From a virus, in IMG/VR virus record IMGVR_UViG_3300032124_000002, positions 15,455 through 79,454 of that record: 64,000 bases of DNA. The stretch is one strand, 5' to 3'. This document shows, in pieces, positions 1-9,656 of this stretch. Numbering within the stretch: the stretch's first letter is position 1; the number at the start of each line of letters is the position of its first letter. The position numbers and the translations under genes were made by a program. The notes below the pieces were generated by a model. That model did not search any database and was not told the origin of the DNA. It saw only the letters and a list, made by a program, of their open reading frames with translations.

Positions 1-128
1 GGCCTGACCTGATAACGGGTTCATACCCCAACTTATCAGGGGCGCTGCTGCAACAGCGTCGCAGGCCGCCAGACCCAGCCAGGGTATTTTCGGTCATCAC
101 CGACATTGCTATTACCCTCATGCTTATT

Positions 129-152
129 GCCTGCCTAACCGCAGGCTTTTTT
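129..152 (+). terminator. Intrinsic terminator in the late leader
   Basis: gcctgc-ctaacc-gcaggc followed by tttttt. Confidence 0.75.
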
Positions 153-259
153 ATTTTCAGGGTCGCGTGAATCACCCTCGACGCTTTGTTGGTAAGTCAG
201 CCCGACGGCCCTGACCTTCTCACACACAGCTTCCCGATCTTTCATCGGAGGCGGTAACT

Positions 260-577
260 ATGGCTAAGCGTATGCAAGACAAAGAGAGCATTGCCGGGAT
301 GTCCTGGCTGGTTCTGCTGATCATTGCTTGCTGGGGTGGACTTGTCCGCTACCTGATAGATGTGAAGCAGAGCAAGGCAACATGGAGCTTGATCAATGCT
401 CTTGCCCAAATGGTGGTTTCAGGGTTTACCGGCGTTATTGCAGGCCTGGTGAGCATTGAAAGCGGACTGAGCATTTACATGATTCTGGCAACCGCGGGGA
501 TAAGCGGCGCGATGGGCTCCGTAGCGTTGACCTATTTCTGGGAGCGCCTGACGGGGATTAAAGATGCAAATCAGTAA
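260..577 (+). CDS. Holin (LydA-like, multi-TM)
   Basis: 105 aa, hydrophobic segments, GGAGG RBS, overlaps endolysin; possible dual start MAKRM. Confidence 0.88.
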   Translation: MAKRMQDKESIAGMSWLVLLIIACWGGLVRYLIDVKQSKATWSLINALAQMVVSGFTGVIAGLVSIESGLSIYMILATAGISGAMGSVALTYFWERLTGIKDANQ

Positions 578-1013
578 TAACGGTATCGCGCTGATTAAGC
601 GATTTGAGGGTTGCAGGTTAACCGCATATCCCGACCCGGGCACAGGTGGTGATCCCTGGACGATTGGCTACGGCTGGACGGGGAAAGTAGACGGCAAACC
701 TATCAAGCCCGGAATGAAGATTGACGACGCAACGGCGGATCGCCTGCTGCGCACTGGCGTAGTGAGCTTTGACCAGGCGGTAAGCAAAATGCTCAAAATC
801 TCCGTTACCCAGAACCAGTATGACGCGCTTGTGTCGCTGGCCTACAACATCGGTACGCGAGCGCTATCCACATCAACGCTGATGAAAAAGCTGAATGCAG
901 GTGATGTGAAAGGCGCTGCTGACGCATTCCTGAGCTGGAACCGGTCAGGCGGCAAGGTAATGGCTGGGTTAACGAATCGCCGCAAGGCAGAGCGTGAGGT
1001 ATTTCTCTCATGA
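564..1013 (+). CDS. Endolysin, GH24 lysozyme
   Basis: FEGCRLTAYPDPGTGGDPWTIGYG catalytic region and GLTNRRKAE C-terminal motif. Confidence 0.95.
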   Translation: MQISNNGIALIKRFEGCRLTAYPDPGTGGDPWTIGYGWTGKVDGKPIKPGMKIDDATADRLLRTGVVSFDQAVSKMLKISVTQNQYDALVSLAYNIGTRALSTSTLMKKLNAGDVKGAADAFLSWNRSGGKVMAGLTNRRKAEREVFLS

Positions 1014-1216
1014 AACTCGTTGATGACTGGAAAAGCGCATGGCGCTGGTTCTCCATGCATGCACTGGTGCTGGCCGGGGTTATCCCCACGGTATGGGCAG
1101 AGCTACCGCCAGACCTCAAGACCGCAATCCCGCCGGGAGCGATGGGCGCCATTACAGCGGTAATCGCTGCATGTGGTGTGGTTGGTCGGCTGGTTAACCA
1201 GAGTAAGACGCAATGA
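1010..1216 (+). CDS. Small two-TM membrane protein in the lysis cassette
   Basis: 68 aa, ATGA overlaps at both ends, LVDDWKSAWRWFSM N-terminus, two hydrophobic helices. Confidence 0.75.
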   Translation: MKLVDDWKSAWRWFSMHALVLAGVIPTVWAELPPDLKTAIPPGAMGAITAVIAACGVVGRLVNQSKTQ

Positions 1217-1560
1217 CAGCCGAAGCCATTCTGGCGCTGGTTAAAAAGTTCTGGCTGCCGGCGCTCATGGTCGTGCTGACCGGTACGCTGGCTATCTCTG
1301 CCAGCCACTACAAAGGTAAAGCCGAACAGGAAAGGCAGCGAGCAGATGGCGCGGAACAGCAGGTAAACGCAGCCCAGACCATCACATCCAACGTTCTGAC
1401 CACCATGACCATCTTCAACACCATCGTCGAGGTCAATCAGCATGCAAAAGAGCAGATCGCACTGGACGCATCGGGAGCCTCGGCTGATATCCGGGTTGCT
1501 GTTGCGAATGATGATTGCACTAATCGCCCTGTCCGGTGGTCCCGTTACCGGCCAACCTGA
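1213..1560 (+). pseudogene. Rz-like i-spanin with aberrant, truncated C-terminus
   Basis: N-terminal TM plus coiled coil; ends CTNRPV-RWSRYRPT after an apparent deletion junction near 1531-1533. Confidence 0.7.
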
Positions 1561-1709
1561 CGGCTGACACCCCGCAACCGGAAATCCCTGACAACCTGAC
1601 GTGGGGCCAGAGCCTGGATTTAAACGTCAGTCTGCTTTCAGCGCTGGGCCAGTGCAACCGGGATAAGGCCGACATCAGGCAAGCAGAGAAAAAACGAGCC
1701 TCGCAATAG
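1533..1709 (+). pseudogene. Rz1-like o-spanin C-terminal remnant without start codon or lipobox
   Basis: Frame reads PVVPLPANLTADTPQPEIPDNLTWGQSLDLNVSLLSALGQCNRDKADIRQAEKKRASQ*; in-frame TAA at 1521 upstream; orphan signal-like MMIALIAL at 1508 is in another frame. Confidence 0.75.
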
Positions 1710-1720
1710 CGGGGCTTTTT
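1697..1720 (+). terminator. Intrinsic terminator after the spanins
   Basis: agcctcgc-aata-gcggggct followed by tttt. Confidence 0.75.
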
Positions 1721-1722
1721 AA

Positions 1723-1840
1723 TGCGTATCGTACACGCAGATCATCGAGAGTCTTTCAGTCGTGAGCCTGAGGAACGCCGTTAAAGGTGGCGACCTCTCT
1801 CGGGCGGCGTTCCTGTACGACAGGCTCACACCTAAAGGAA
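1723..1840 (+). ncRNA. Structured cis-leader element, copy 1
   Basis: Nested stems gtgagcctg/caggctcac, aggaacgccg/cggcgttcct, aggt/acct; homologous to 14906-15026 with compensatory changes. Confidence 0.65.
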
Positions 1841-1848
1841 AGAAAGTC

Positions 1849-2571
1849 ATCAAGTATTGGAAAGTTCAGCTTCTGCAGCTTTCTCAGCCTTCCGGCAATA
1901 TTCCCGGCATTATGAACGCCCGCACTCTGGTCGAAAGCCTGTTGTTTGAGGGGTACTCGAAAGATAAACCGAAAATTAACCTCGGTTCCGGAGTAAATAT
2001 TGAGTTGTTTACAGCACCCGATTCGCTGGAAACCCGTATCTTTCGTGACCACCTCGTTGACAGTGTGCGTTGCTTCCCGATGTGTGAAGATGATGATGAA
2101 ACTGACGGAACTCAGGAAGAGCAGACTAAGCCACCCTCACGCGAGGCCATGATTGAATATATCAAGCAGGCCATTGGGGAAGGCTATCATCCTAAAATCT
2201 GCCATGAGCTCATTCGCAATCCTGATCTGCTTTGGCAGTTGCATGACGAGGCGGTCGATTATGAATATCGCGCTTGTTGGCGCTGGTACCAAAACGGTCA
2301 TGGTTTTCATGAGACTTTTAGCGTCCCTGAGAAAATCCACGATCACGCCTGCGTAAACTGTTTTGCCGATAAAGGCCCATGCCTTGGCGAGTGCCACGTA
2401 TCCGACGTTAATAAGGCTCGCAGCTCCTCCTTCGAAGACGTAGTGAAGCCGGTAATCAAATGGCTTAACGAAAACGCCAACCCTCATGCATCAGTGAGCA
2501 TCGACGCGACCAGTGCTCATCTGCTTACTGGTGAAATCGGCATTCACACGGAAGAGTTCATTAAGGACTGA
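1849..2571 (+). CDS. Modular hypothetical moron protein; likely start is ATC at 1849 (non-canonical or mutated), not GTG 1762
   Basis: Open frame 1762-2571; AAAGGA RBS 9 nt before ATC 1849, the same spacing as RBS-to-ATG in the second leader copy; Cys/His cluster HACVNCFADKGPCLGECH. Confidence 0.55.
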   Translation: MKYWKVQLLQLSQPSGNIPGIMNARTLVESLLFEGYSKDKPKINLGSGVNIELFTAPDSLETRIFRDHLVDSVRCFPMCEDDDETDGTQEEQTKPPSREAMIEYIKQAIGEGYHPKICHELIRNPDLLWQLHDEAVDYEYRACWRWYQNGHGFHETFSVPEKIHDHACVNCFADKGPCLGECHVSDVNKARSSSFEDVVKPVIKWLNENANPHASVSIDATSAHLLTGEIGIHTEEFIKD

Positions 2572-2574
2572 TCG

Positions 2575-2614
2575 GGCATTACAGAGCCACTTCCAGAGGT
2601 GGCTCGATAATGCC
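2575..2614 (+). other. Long hairpin after the moron gene
   Basis: ggcatta..gagccac / gtggctc..taatgcc inverted repeat. Confidence 0.5.
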
Positions 2615-2631
2615 ACAACGAGGTAAGCCAT

Positions 2632-2775
2632 ATGCGCACCACTGGAATCCTAATGGCGGAAATTACGCTTCGCCCATACATGAAGCCGCTGCTCATACTT
2701 TCAGTGCTTTTGAGCTGGGGCTGGCTCACTAAGAAGTGTGTCCGGATTAGCCCTGTAATTGGAAAGAAGACGTGA
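2632..2775 (+). CDS. Small hypothetical protein (47 aa)
   Basis: GAGG RBS, MRTTGILMAEITLRPYMKPLLILSVLLSWGWLTKKCVRISPVIGKKT; below the ORF-track cutoff. Confidence 0.5.
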   Translation: MRTTGILMAEITLRPYMKPLLILSVLLSWGWLTKKCVRISPVIGKKT

Positions 2776-2896
2776 TTATAAAGTTCTGCAAATGGCGTCT
2801 GAAATACGCCATTGACAGAGTTTTATATAAGTTTGTTGATGCATTGGTGTCGAAATTACCGAGCAAGTATCTTCGGTTGCCAGAGGATTGTTCTGC

Positions 2897-3532
2897 ATGA
2901 CTGAAAATGACAATCGCAGACCATACCCTCCCGTCAACTTCACTGGCGAAAACTGGCTGCCGTATACCCGCCTGATCCCCGCTTCCGAAATCGGCGAATG
3001 GGTAAATCAGAACATCCTCTCCGAAGACGGCCGAATCCATAACCCTGACCATACGCACTTGCTCGATGCTGATGTGGCGTTTATGTGGGCTTCTGGCTCA
3101 TTCGCCAAAAGCGGCCGCATTGTGCTGGGGCAGTGTGAGCAGGTAATGATGCGTGCCGGCGGCTGGCAGAAGTCCCGCATGGAGCAGCAGATGCATGAAT
3201 GGTTCGGTCGTATACCGAAGTTCATCATCACCCTGGCTGCCGACTACTGCGAGCAATGTAACGATCTGGAGTTCTGCGCACTGGTAGAGCATGAGCTTTA
3301 CCACATCGCCCAGGCTACCGATGACTATGGCGCGCCGAAGTTCAACAAAGAGACCGGAATGCCGGTGCTCAAACTTCGCGGCCATGACGTCGAGGAATTC
3401 GTCGGAGTGGTCCGGCGTTACGGCGCCAGCAAAGACGTGCAGGAAATGGTGGATGCGGCGAACAGGCCGGCGGAGGTTGCTCATATCGATGTTGCCAGAG
3501 CGTGCGGGACTTGCATGCTGAAACTGGCTTAA
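2897..3532 (+). CDS. Putative phage metallopeptidase
   Basis: HELYH (HExxH) and GHDVEEF motifs; AGAGGA RBS; lies just before the small terminase. Confidence 0.8.
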   Translation: MTENDNRRPYPPVNFTGENWLPYTRLIPASEIGEWVNQNILSEDGRIHNPDHTHLLDADVAFMWASGSFAKSGRIVLGQCEQVMMRAGGWQKSRMEQQMHEWFGRIPKFIITLAADYCEQCNDLEFCALVEHELYHIAQATDDYGAPKFNKETGMPVLKLRGHDVEEFVGVVRRYGASKDVQEMVDAANRPAEVAHIDVARACGTCMLKLA

Positions 3533-3563
3533 TAACTGGACTGTACTGGACGGATGGTGAAAC

Positions 3564-4049
3564 ATGGCTGCACTAAAACCAGAGGTGAAAGCCGCCATCG
3601 TTCAAATGCTTGCGTGCTATGACACGCCTTCGCAGGTGGTCGAGGCTGTCCAGAAAGATTTCGGTATCACCATCACCAGGCAGCAGGTTGAAACTCACGA
3701 CCCGACAAAGGTTAGCGGCAAGACGCTCGCCAAAAAATGGGTCGACCTTTTCAACCGCACCCGCGACCGATTCCTCAACGAAATTTCCGATATCCCGATC
3801 GCCAACAAAGCCTATCGCCTGCGCGTCTTGCAGCGAATGTCGACGACTGCCGAGGGCATGAAAAACCTCGGGATGACAGCTCAGTTACTGGAACAGGCGG
3901 CAAAAGAGGTTGGCGATGCCTACAGCAACAAGCAAAAGGTCGAGCTGACTGGTAAAGACGGCGGCCCACTGAATCAGGTGACGTACACCGCTGAAGACTA
4001 TGCGAAGGCCCAGCAGAAGCTGGAGGGAAGGTTAGAAGGGCTGGACTGA
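3564..4049 (+). CDS. Terminase small subunit (DUF2280-like)
   Basis: N-terminal HTH-like segment, KQKVELTGKDGGPL C-terminal motif, precedes TerL. Confidence 0.85.
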   Translation: MAALKPEVKAAIVQMLACYDTPSQVVEAVQKDFGITITRQQVETHDPTKVSGKTLAKKWVDLFNRTRDRFLNEISDIPIANKAYRLRVLQRMSTTAEGMKNLGMTAQLLEQAAKEVGDAYSNKQKVELTGKDGGPLNQVTYTAEDYAKAQQKLEGRLEGLD

Positions 4050-4050
4050 T

Positions 4051-5727
4051 ATGAGCGGAATTATCGAATGGGATGACCTGTCATTCCCGGAGCGCGTGAT
4101 CATCCGTTCAAAGTCCACGAAGTCATTCCTCAACTTCACCCGGATATGGTTCGAGCTAATTCAGGGCGATCGGCTGCTGGTTAACTGGCATCACCGCCTG
4201 ATGGCTTCGAAAATTGATGATCTGCTTGCCGGGCGCCTTGTCCCGCGAAACCTGATTATCAACATCCCGCCAGGCGGTACAAAAACAGAGTTCTTCTCCA
4301 TCCACTTCCCGGCGTATGTCAACGCCCTGGTGCAGGAGAAGCGGCTTAAACGCTTTCGCAACCTGAATATCTCTTTTGCTGACACGCTGGTAAAGCGTAA
4401 CAGCCGGCGCACCCGCGACATTATCGCCAGCCGTGAATATCAGGAGTTCTGGCCCTGCTCGTTTGGTGTCAACCAGGCAGAAGAGTGGGAGATAAAGGAC
4501 GAGCGAGGGCGCTCTATAGGCCAGACGGTATCGCGCTCAAGCAACGGGCAGATCACCGGTGGTCGTGGTGGCTACTACGGACCAGAGTTCTCCGGCATGG
4601 TGATGCTGGACGACTACAACAAGCCGGTGGACATGCTCAGTGAGTCCCGACGCAAAAGTGCGAATACGCTGCTGGTAAACACCATTCGATCACGCCGCGG
4701 CGATAAGTCGAAAGAGCACCCGACTCCGTTTGTGAGCATTCAGCAGCGCCTGCACACCGACGATGCAACGGGCTTCATGCTTGCCGGCGGAATGGGCGTA
4801 CCGTTTCACCATGTCGCCATACCAGCCATGATCGACGAGAAGTACATCCAGTCGCTTGATGAGCCATGGCGTTCGCTTTGCTGGGAAACGGTCAAAGATA
4901 CCGATTCTGTGGTCGTTGGTGGTGTTCGCTACTGGTCCTACTGGCCGCAGATGGAAGACGTTAACGACCTCCTGCAACTGTGGGAAAAGGATCGCTATAC
5001 CTTCCTGTCGCAATACCAGCAAAACCCGATGGCGCTGACTGGCGGGATCATCGACACCAGCTGGTTCAGAACGTACACCACCCTGCCGAAGCTTACGCAC
5101 CGCGCCGTGTATGTCGATACGAACAGCGGGAAGGTAGAGGACTGGCTGGATTATACCGTGTTTACGCTGGCTGGCATGGGTGTGGACGGGAATCTGTACA
5201 TCATCGACGTCGTTCGTGGCCGGTGGGACCCGGAAGACCTCCTGAAGAAAGCGGAAGAGGTTTGGGAAAAGTGGCGCCTCTCTGGCTCCATGCGGGTCAT
5301 GCCGCTGCGTCATATGGCCATTGAAGAGAAGCAGGCCGGACAGGGCCTCATCACCACTCTGAAAAAACGTAGTCAGACCCTCGGACAACTCGCCATCCCG
5401 GTGAGGGAAATTCCGCGCGGTACCGGGCAGAACAAGCTTGTTCGCTGCCTTAACGTCATCCCTCAAATCAAAACCGGGAAAGTGTTCGTCCCCGCGACGC
5501 ACACCGACGACGGACAGAAGCTTTCCAGCATCTTCTACGAGGACGGCACGATCGCAGGCTCAACGGAGTGGGTTCTGACGGCGATGACGGAATGCGCTGC
5601 TTTCTCCGCTGATGACAGTCACGACAACGACGACATCCTCGATACCTGGATGGACGCAATCGACGACAACCTGATTTCCGGCCCGCAGCCGATGGTTATC
5701 GACCCGAATCAACTCAGGAGAATTTAA
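4051..5727 (+). CDS. Terminase large subunit
   Basis: Walker A-like PPGGTKT, MLDD, QQRLHTDD and nuclease acidic motifs (YVDT, HDNDDILD). Confidence 0.93.
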   Translation: MSGIIEWDDLSFPERVIIRSKSTKSFLNFTRIWFELIQGDRLLVNWHHRLMASKIDDLLAGRLVPRNLIINIPPGGTKTEFFSIHFPAYVNALVQEKRLKRFRNLNISFADTLVKRNSRRTRDIIASREYQEFWPCSFGVNQAEEWEIKDERGRSIGQTVSRSSNGQITGGRGGYYGPEFSGMVMLDDYNKPVDMLSESRRKSANTLLVNTIRSRRGDKSKEHPTPFVSIQQRLHTDDATGFMLAGGMGVPFHHVAIPAMIDEKYIQSLDEPWRSLCWETVKDTDSVVVGGVRYWSYWPQMEDVNDLLQLWEKDRYTFLSQYQQNPMALTGGIIDTSWFRTYTTLPKLTHRAVYVDTNSGKVEDWLDYTVFTLAGMGVDGNLYIIDVVRGRWDPEDLLKKAEEVWEKWRLSGSMRVMPLRHMAIEEKQAGQGLITTLKKRSQTLGQLAIPVREIPRGTGQNKLVRCLNVIPQIKTGKVFVPATHTDDGQKLSSIFYEDGTIAGSTEWVLTAMTECAAFSADDSHDNDDILDTWMDAIDDNLISGPQPMVIDPNQLRRI

Positions 5728-7248
5728 GTGTGGTGGTTTAAAAAGAAAGAAGTCGCCGCGCCTGAGCCGGCAAAAGAACCAGAAGCGCCGAAGGTCGGGA
5801 TCAGGCCAGAGGCCGTGGCCGAAGTCCACGCATTACCGAAAAGAGAGTTTCAGCGCTACGAGCCGCCGAAAGGGGTGATCCCCGAGGCTATCAAAAGCGC
5901 CATTCTGGCAATGGACTCCACGCCTTACGATGATCTCAATGCTGCGTATGGCGGTTACGGCTACGGCGACTTTGATAGCTTTCCCGGATACCCGTATCTT
6001 TCCACGCTGGCGCAGAAGCCTGAATATCGCAAGATGGTCGGCACCATCGCGGAAGAAATGACCCGCAAATGGATAAAGCTCAAAACTGTCGGCGATGAAG
6101 ACAAGGCGGATCGGGTAAAACAGCTCGAAGAGGCCATGAAGCGGTTTAAGGTGCGCGAGCGCTTTAAAGAAGCCGCAGAACACGACGGCTACTTTGGCGG
6201 TGGCCAAATTTACATCGACGTTCGTACGCCGCGGGGAATCTCCGCATGGATGGACGACAACGAGCTGCAATCGAAGCTCTTCATGAGCGACAAGAAGATC
6301 ACGAAAGGCAGCCTGCAGGGGTTCAGGGTCATCGAGCCTATATGGACCTATCCGGGGATTTATAACTCCGACAACCCGCTGAGCCCGGATTTCTACAAGC
6401 CGACGCAGTGGTTTGTCATGGGCCGGACCGTACATGCAAGCCGGATGATTGATTTCGTCTCGCGGCAGGTCCCTGATCTGCTGAAAGCATCGTATAACTT
6501 CCGCGGCCTGTCTCTCTCGCAGATTGCTGAGCCTTACGTCAATAACTGGCTTCGCACCCGCGACAGCGTCAGCGACATGATTCACTCGTTCTCAGTTCCG
6601 GTAATCGGAACAAATATGAGCACGATTCTGCAGGGCGGTGGGGCAGATAGTCTTCTGGCAAGGCTTGATGTCTTCAACCGATGCCGCGATAACCGTGGCG
6701 CATTCGCTAAAGACAACAACCCTACCCAGCCAGAAACGGTTGAGTTCGTTAACGCCCCGCTTAACGGTCTGGATGCCCTGCAGGCACAGTCGCAGGAGCA
6801 CATGTCTGCGGTTTCGAGCATCCCGCTCGTCAAGCTGCTGGGCATTACTCCAAATGGCCTTAACGCAACGTCTGACGGCGAAATCCGCGTTTTCTACGAC
6901 TACATTCACGCCCTGCAGCAGTCTGTTTTTAAAGACAACCTGAAGCGCGTGATGGACATCATTCAGCTCTCTGAGTTCGGCGACATTGACGACGACATAA
7001 CCTTCGACTTTGAGCCGCTGTACGAAATGAGCGCTAAAGAGCGGGCGGAAATTCGCAAAGTAGACGCTGACACTGACGCTGTCTATGTGGCCGCCAGCGT
7101 GCTCTCTGGCAACGAAGTCCGCGAAAAAATCGCCGGTGACCCGGACTCTCCTTATCACTCTCTGGACCTGAATGATGACCTCGAAATCGAAGACGACTAC
7201 GACGAAGAGGAAGAAACAGACCCTGGCGATAAGGGCGGTTCATCCTAA
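5728..7248 (+). CDS. Portal protein (DUF1073 type)
   Basis: 506 aa after TerL; IPLVKLLGITPNGLNATSDGEIRVFYDYI motif. Confidence 0.9.
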   Translation: MWWFKKKEVAAPEPAKEPEAPKVGIRPEAVAEVHALPKREFQRYEPPKGVIPEAIKSAILAMDSTPYDDLNAAYGGYGYGDFDSFPGYPYLSTLAQKPEYRKMVGTIAEEMTRKWIKLKTVGDEDKADRVKQLEEAMKRFKVRERFKEAAEHDGYFGGGQIYIDVRTPRGISAWMDDNELQSKLFMSDKKITKGSLQGFRVIEPIWTYPGIYNSDNPLSPDFYKPTQWFVMGRTVHASRMIDFVSRQVPDLLKASYNFRGLSLSQIAEPYVNNWLRTRDSVSDMIHSFSVPVIGTNMSTILQGGGADSLLARLDVFNRCRDNRGAFAKDNNPTQPETVEFVNAPLNGLDALQAQSQEHMSAVSSIPLVKLLGITPNGLNATSDGEIRVFYDYIHALQQSVFKDNLKRVMDIIQLSEFGDIDDDITFDFEPLYEMSAKERAEIRKVDADTDAVYVAASVLSGNEVREKIAGDPDSPYHSLDLNDDLEIEDDYDEEEETDPGDKGGSS

Positions 7249-7999
7249 CGCTGGCGTCGAAGCATGGTACCGCCGACAGCTTGATAAGCAGGTGCAGGAA
7301 ATGCAGGCATCTGTTGTCTACTGGCTGTCTGCAAACTATCGGGCCAGCGGCGCGGCTGTCGCCATGGATGCATCACCTGCAGTGATGATGCGTAATGCCA
7401 TGCAGAAACTGGCTAAGCGCTGGACGCGGCGGTTTGATGACATGGCGCAAAAGTTGGCCGACAGGTTCGCTAACGACGCCATGAAAAACGCGGATACTTC
7501 ACTGGCCACAGCCTTCAAAGATGCGGGGTTTACTGTCGAGTTCAAGATGACCTCGCAGATGAATAACGCTCTTCAGGCGACCATCGCCGAGAATGTCGGC
7601 CTTATCCGATCCATACCCGAGAAGTATTTCACCGAGGTGGAAGGGCTGGTTATGCGGTCGGTAGCGCGTGGGCGCGACTTGTCCTATCTCACCGATGAAC
7701 TCCAGAAGCGATACGGGATTACCCGGCGCCGTGCGGCGTTCATTGCCCGAGATCAGAACAACAAGGCCACCTCAGTCGTTCAGTCCGCTCGACAGCAGGC
7801 GCTAGGCATTACCCAGGGTATATGGAAGCACTCCCATGCAGGTAAAAAGCCTCGCCAGTCCCATGTAAAAGCCAATGGCAGGCTGTTCGACCTCTCGGAA
7901 GGGATGTTCATTGATGGCGAGCATATCATGCCAGGTGAGTTACCAAATTGTCGTTGCACCTGGGAGGCTGTCATTCCAGGGCTTTCAAAACAGGATTGA
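7172..7999 (+). CDS. Head morphogenesis protein (SPP1 gp7/Mu F family)
   Basis: IARDQNNKA, WKHSHAG..R.SH and PGELPNCRC motifs. Confidence 0.9.
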   Translation: MMTSKSKTTTTKRKKQTLAIRAVHPNAGVEAWYRRQLDKQVQEMQASVVYWLSANYRASGAAVAMDASPAVMMRNAMQKLAKRWTRRFDDMAQKLADRFANDAMKNADTSLATAFKDAGFTVEFKMTSQMNNALQATIAENVGLIRSIPEKYFTEVEGLVMRSVARGRDLSYLTDELQKRYGITRRRAAFIARDQNNKATSVVQSARQQALGITQGIWKHSHAGKKPRQSHVKANGRLFDLSEGMFIDGEHIMPGELPNCRCTWEAVIPGLSKQD

Positions 8000-9172
<1,173 letters not shown>

Positions 9173-9173
9173 C

Positions 9174-9656
9174 ATGGCAGGTTTTCAGACACGAATTAAC
9201 CAGTATCCGGCCCCCGGCGTCGAAGGGGCCTTTGCTGGCACTAACCCTCACGCGACCTATCAGGCCGGCGAGGGCGCTCTGGTTGCTGGCGAGGACGGCC
9301 TGACTGTCGGCCGCTTTGCCTGGGATGTTGACGGTGTGGCTTCCAATGCCGGTAGCGGTGTTCCGTCTGGCTTTGTCCATCGTGATGGTCAGGCCTCGAT
9401 CACCGTTTGGCTGGGTCAGGCATCCATGCTTATCCAGCCCGGCCGCGAAGTGACCCTGATGGTAGCCGGTGACTTCTGGGCCAAAACGTCAACCGCTGCC
9501 ACCCGCGGGCAGAAGGTTTTTGCATCCCTGACCACCGGTGAGGTGCAAGTCGCCGCAGCCGGCGCAACCGTGTCCGGTTTTATCGAGACTGCATTCTATG
9601 CCGCAAGCGATTGTGACGCTGGCGAGCTGGTCAAAATCAGCACCTGGAGCAAGTAA
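9174..9656 (+). CDS. Capsid cement/decoration protein
   Basis: 160 aa between protease and capsid; typical position and size. Confidence 0.8.
   Translation: MAGFQTRINQYPAPGVEGAFAGTNPHATYQAGEGALVAGEDGLTVGRFAWDVDGVASNAGSGVPSGFVHRDGQASITVWLGQASMLIQPGREVTLMVAGDFWAKTSTAATRGQKVFASLTTGEVQVAAAGATVSGFIETAFYAASDCDAGELVKISTWSK

Noticed and set aside
1762-1848. N-terminal 29 codons of the 269-aa ORF
   Set aside because: They run through the structured leader and lie upstream of the evident RBS
4690-6585. Long antisense ORFs (270 and 250 aa) opposite terminase and portal, and similar shadows elsewhere
   Set aside because: Fully overlap well-supported genes, no RBS or motifs; expected from codon bias
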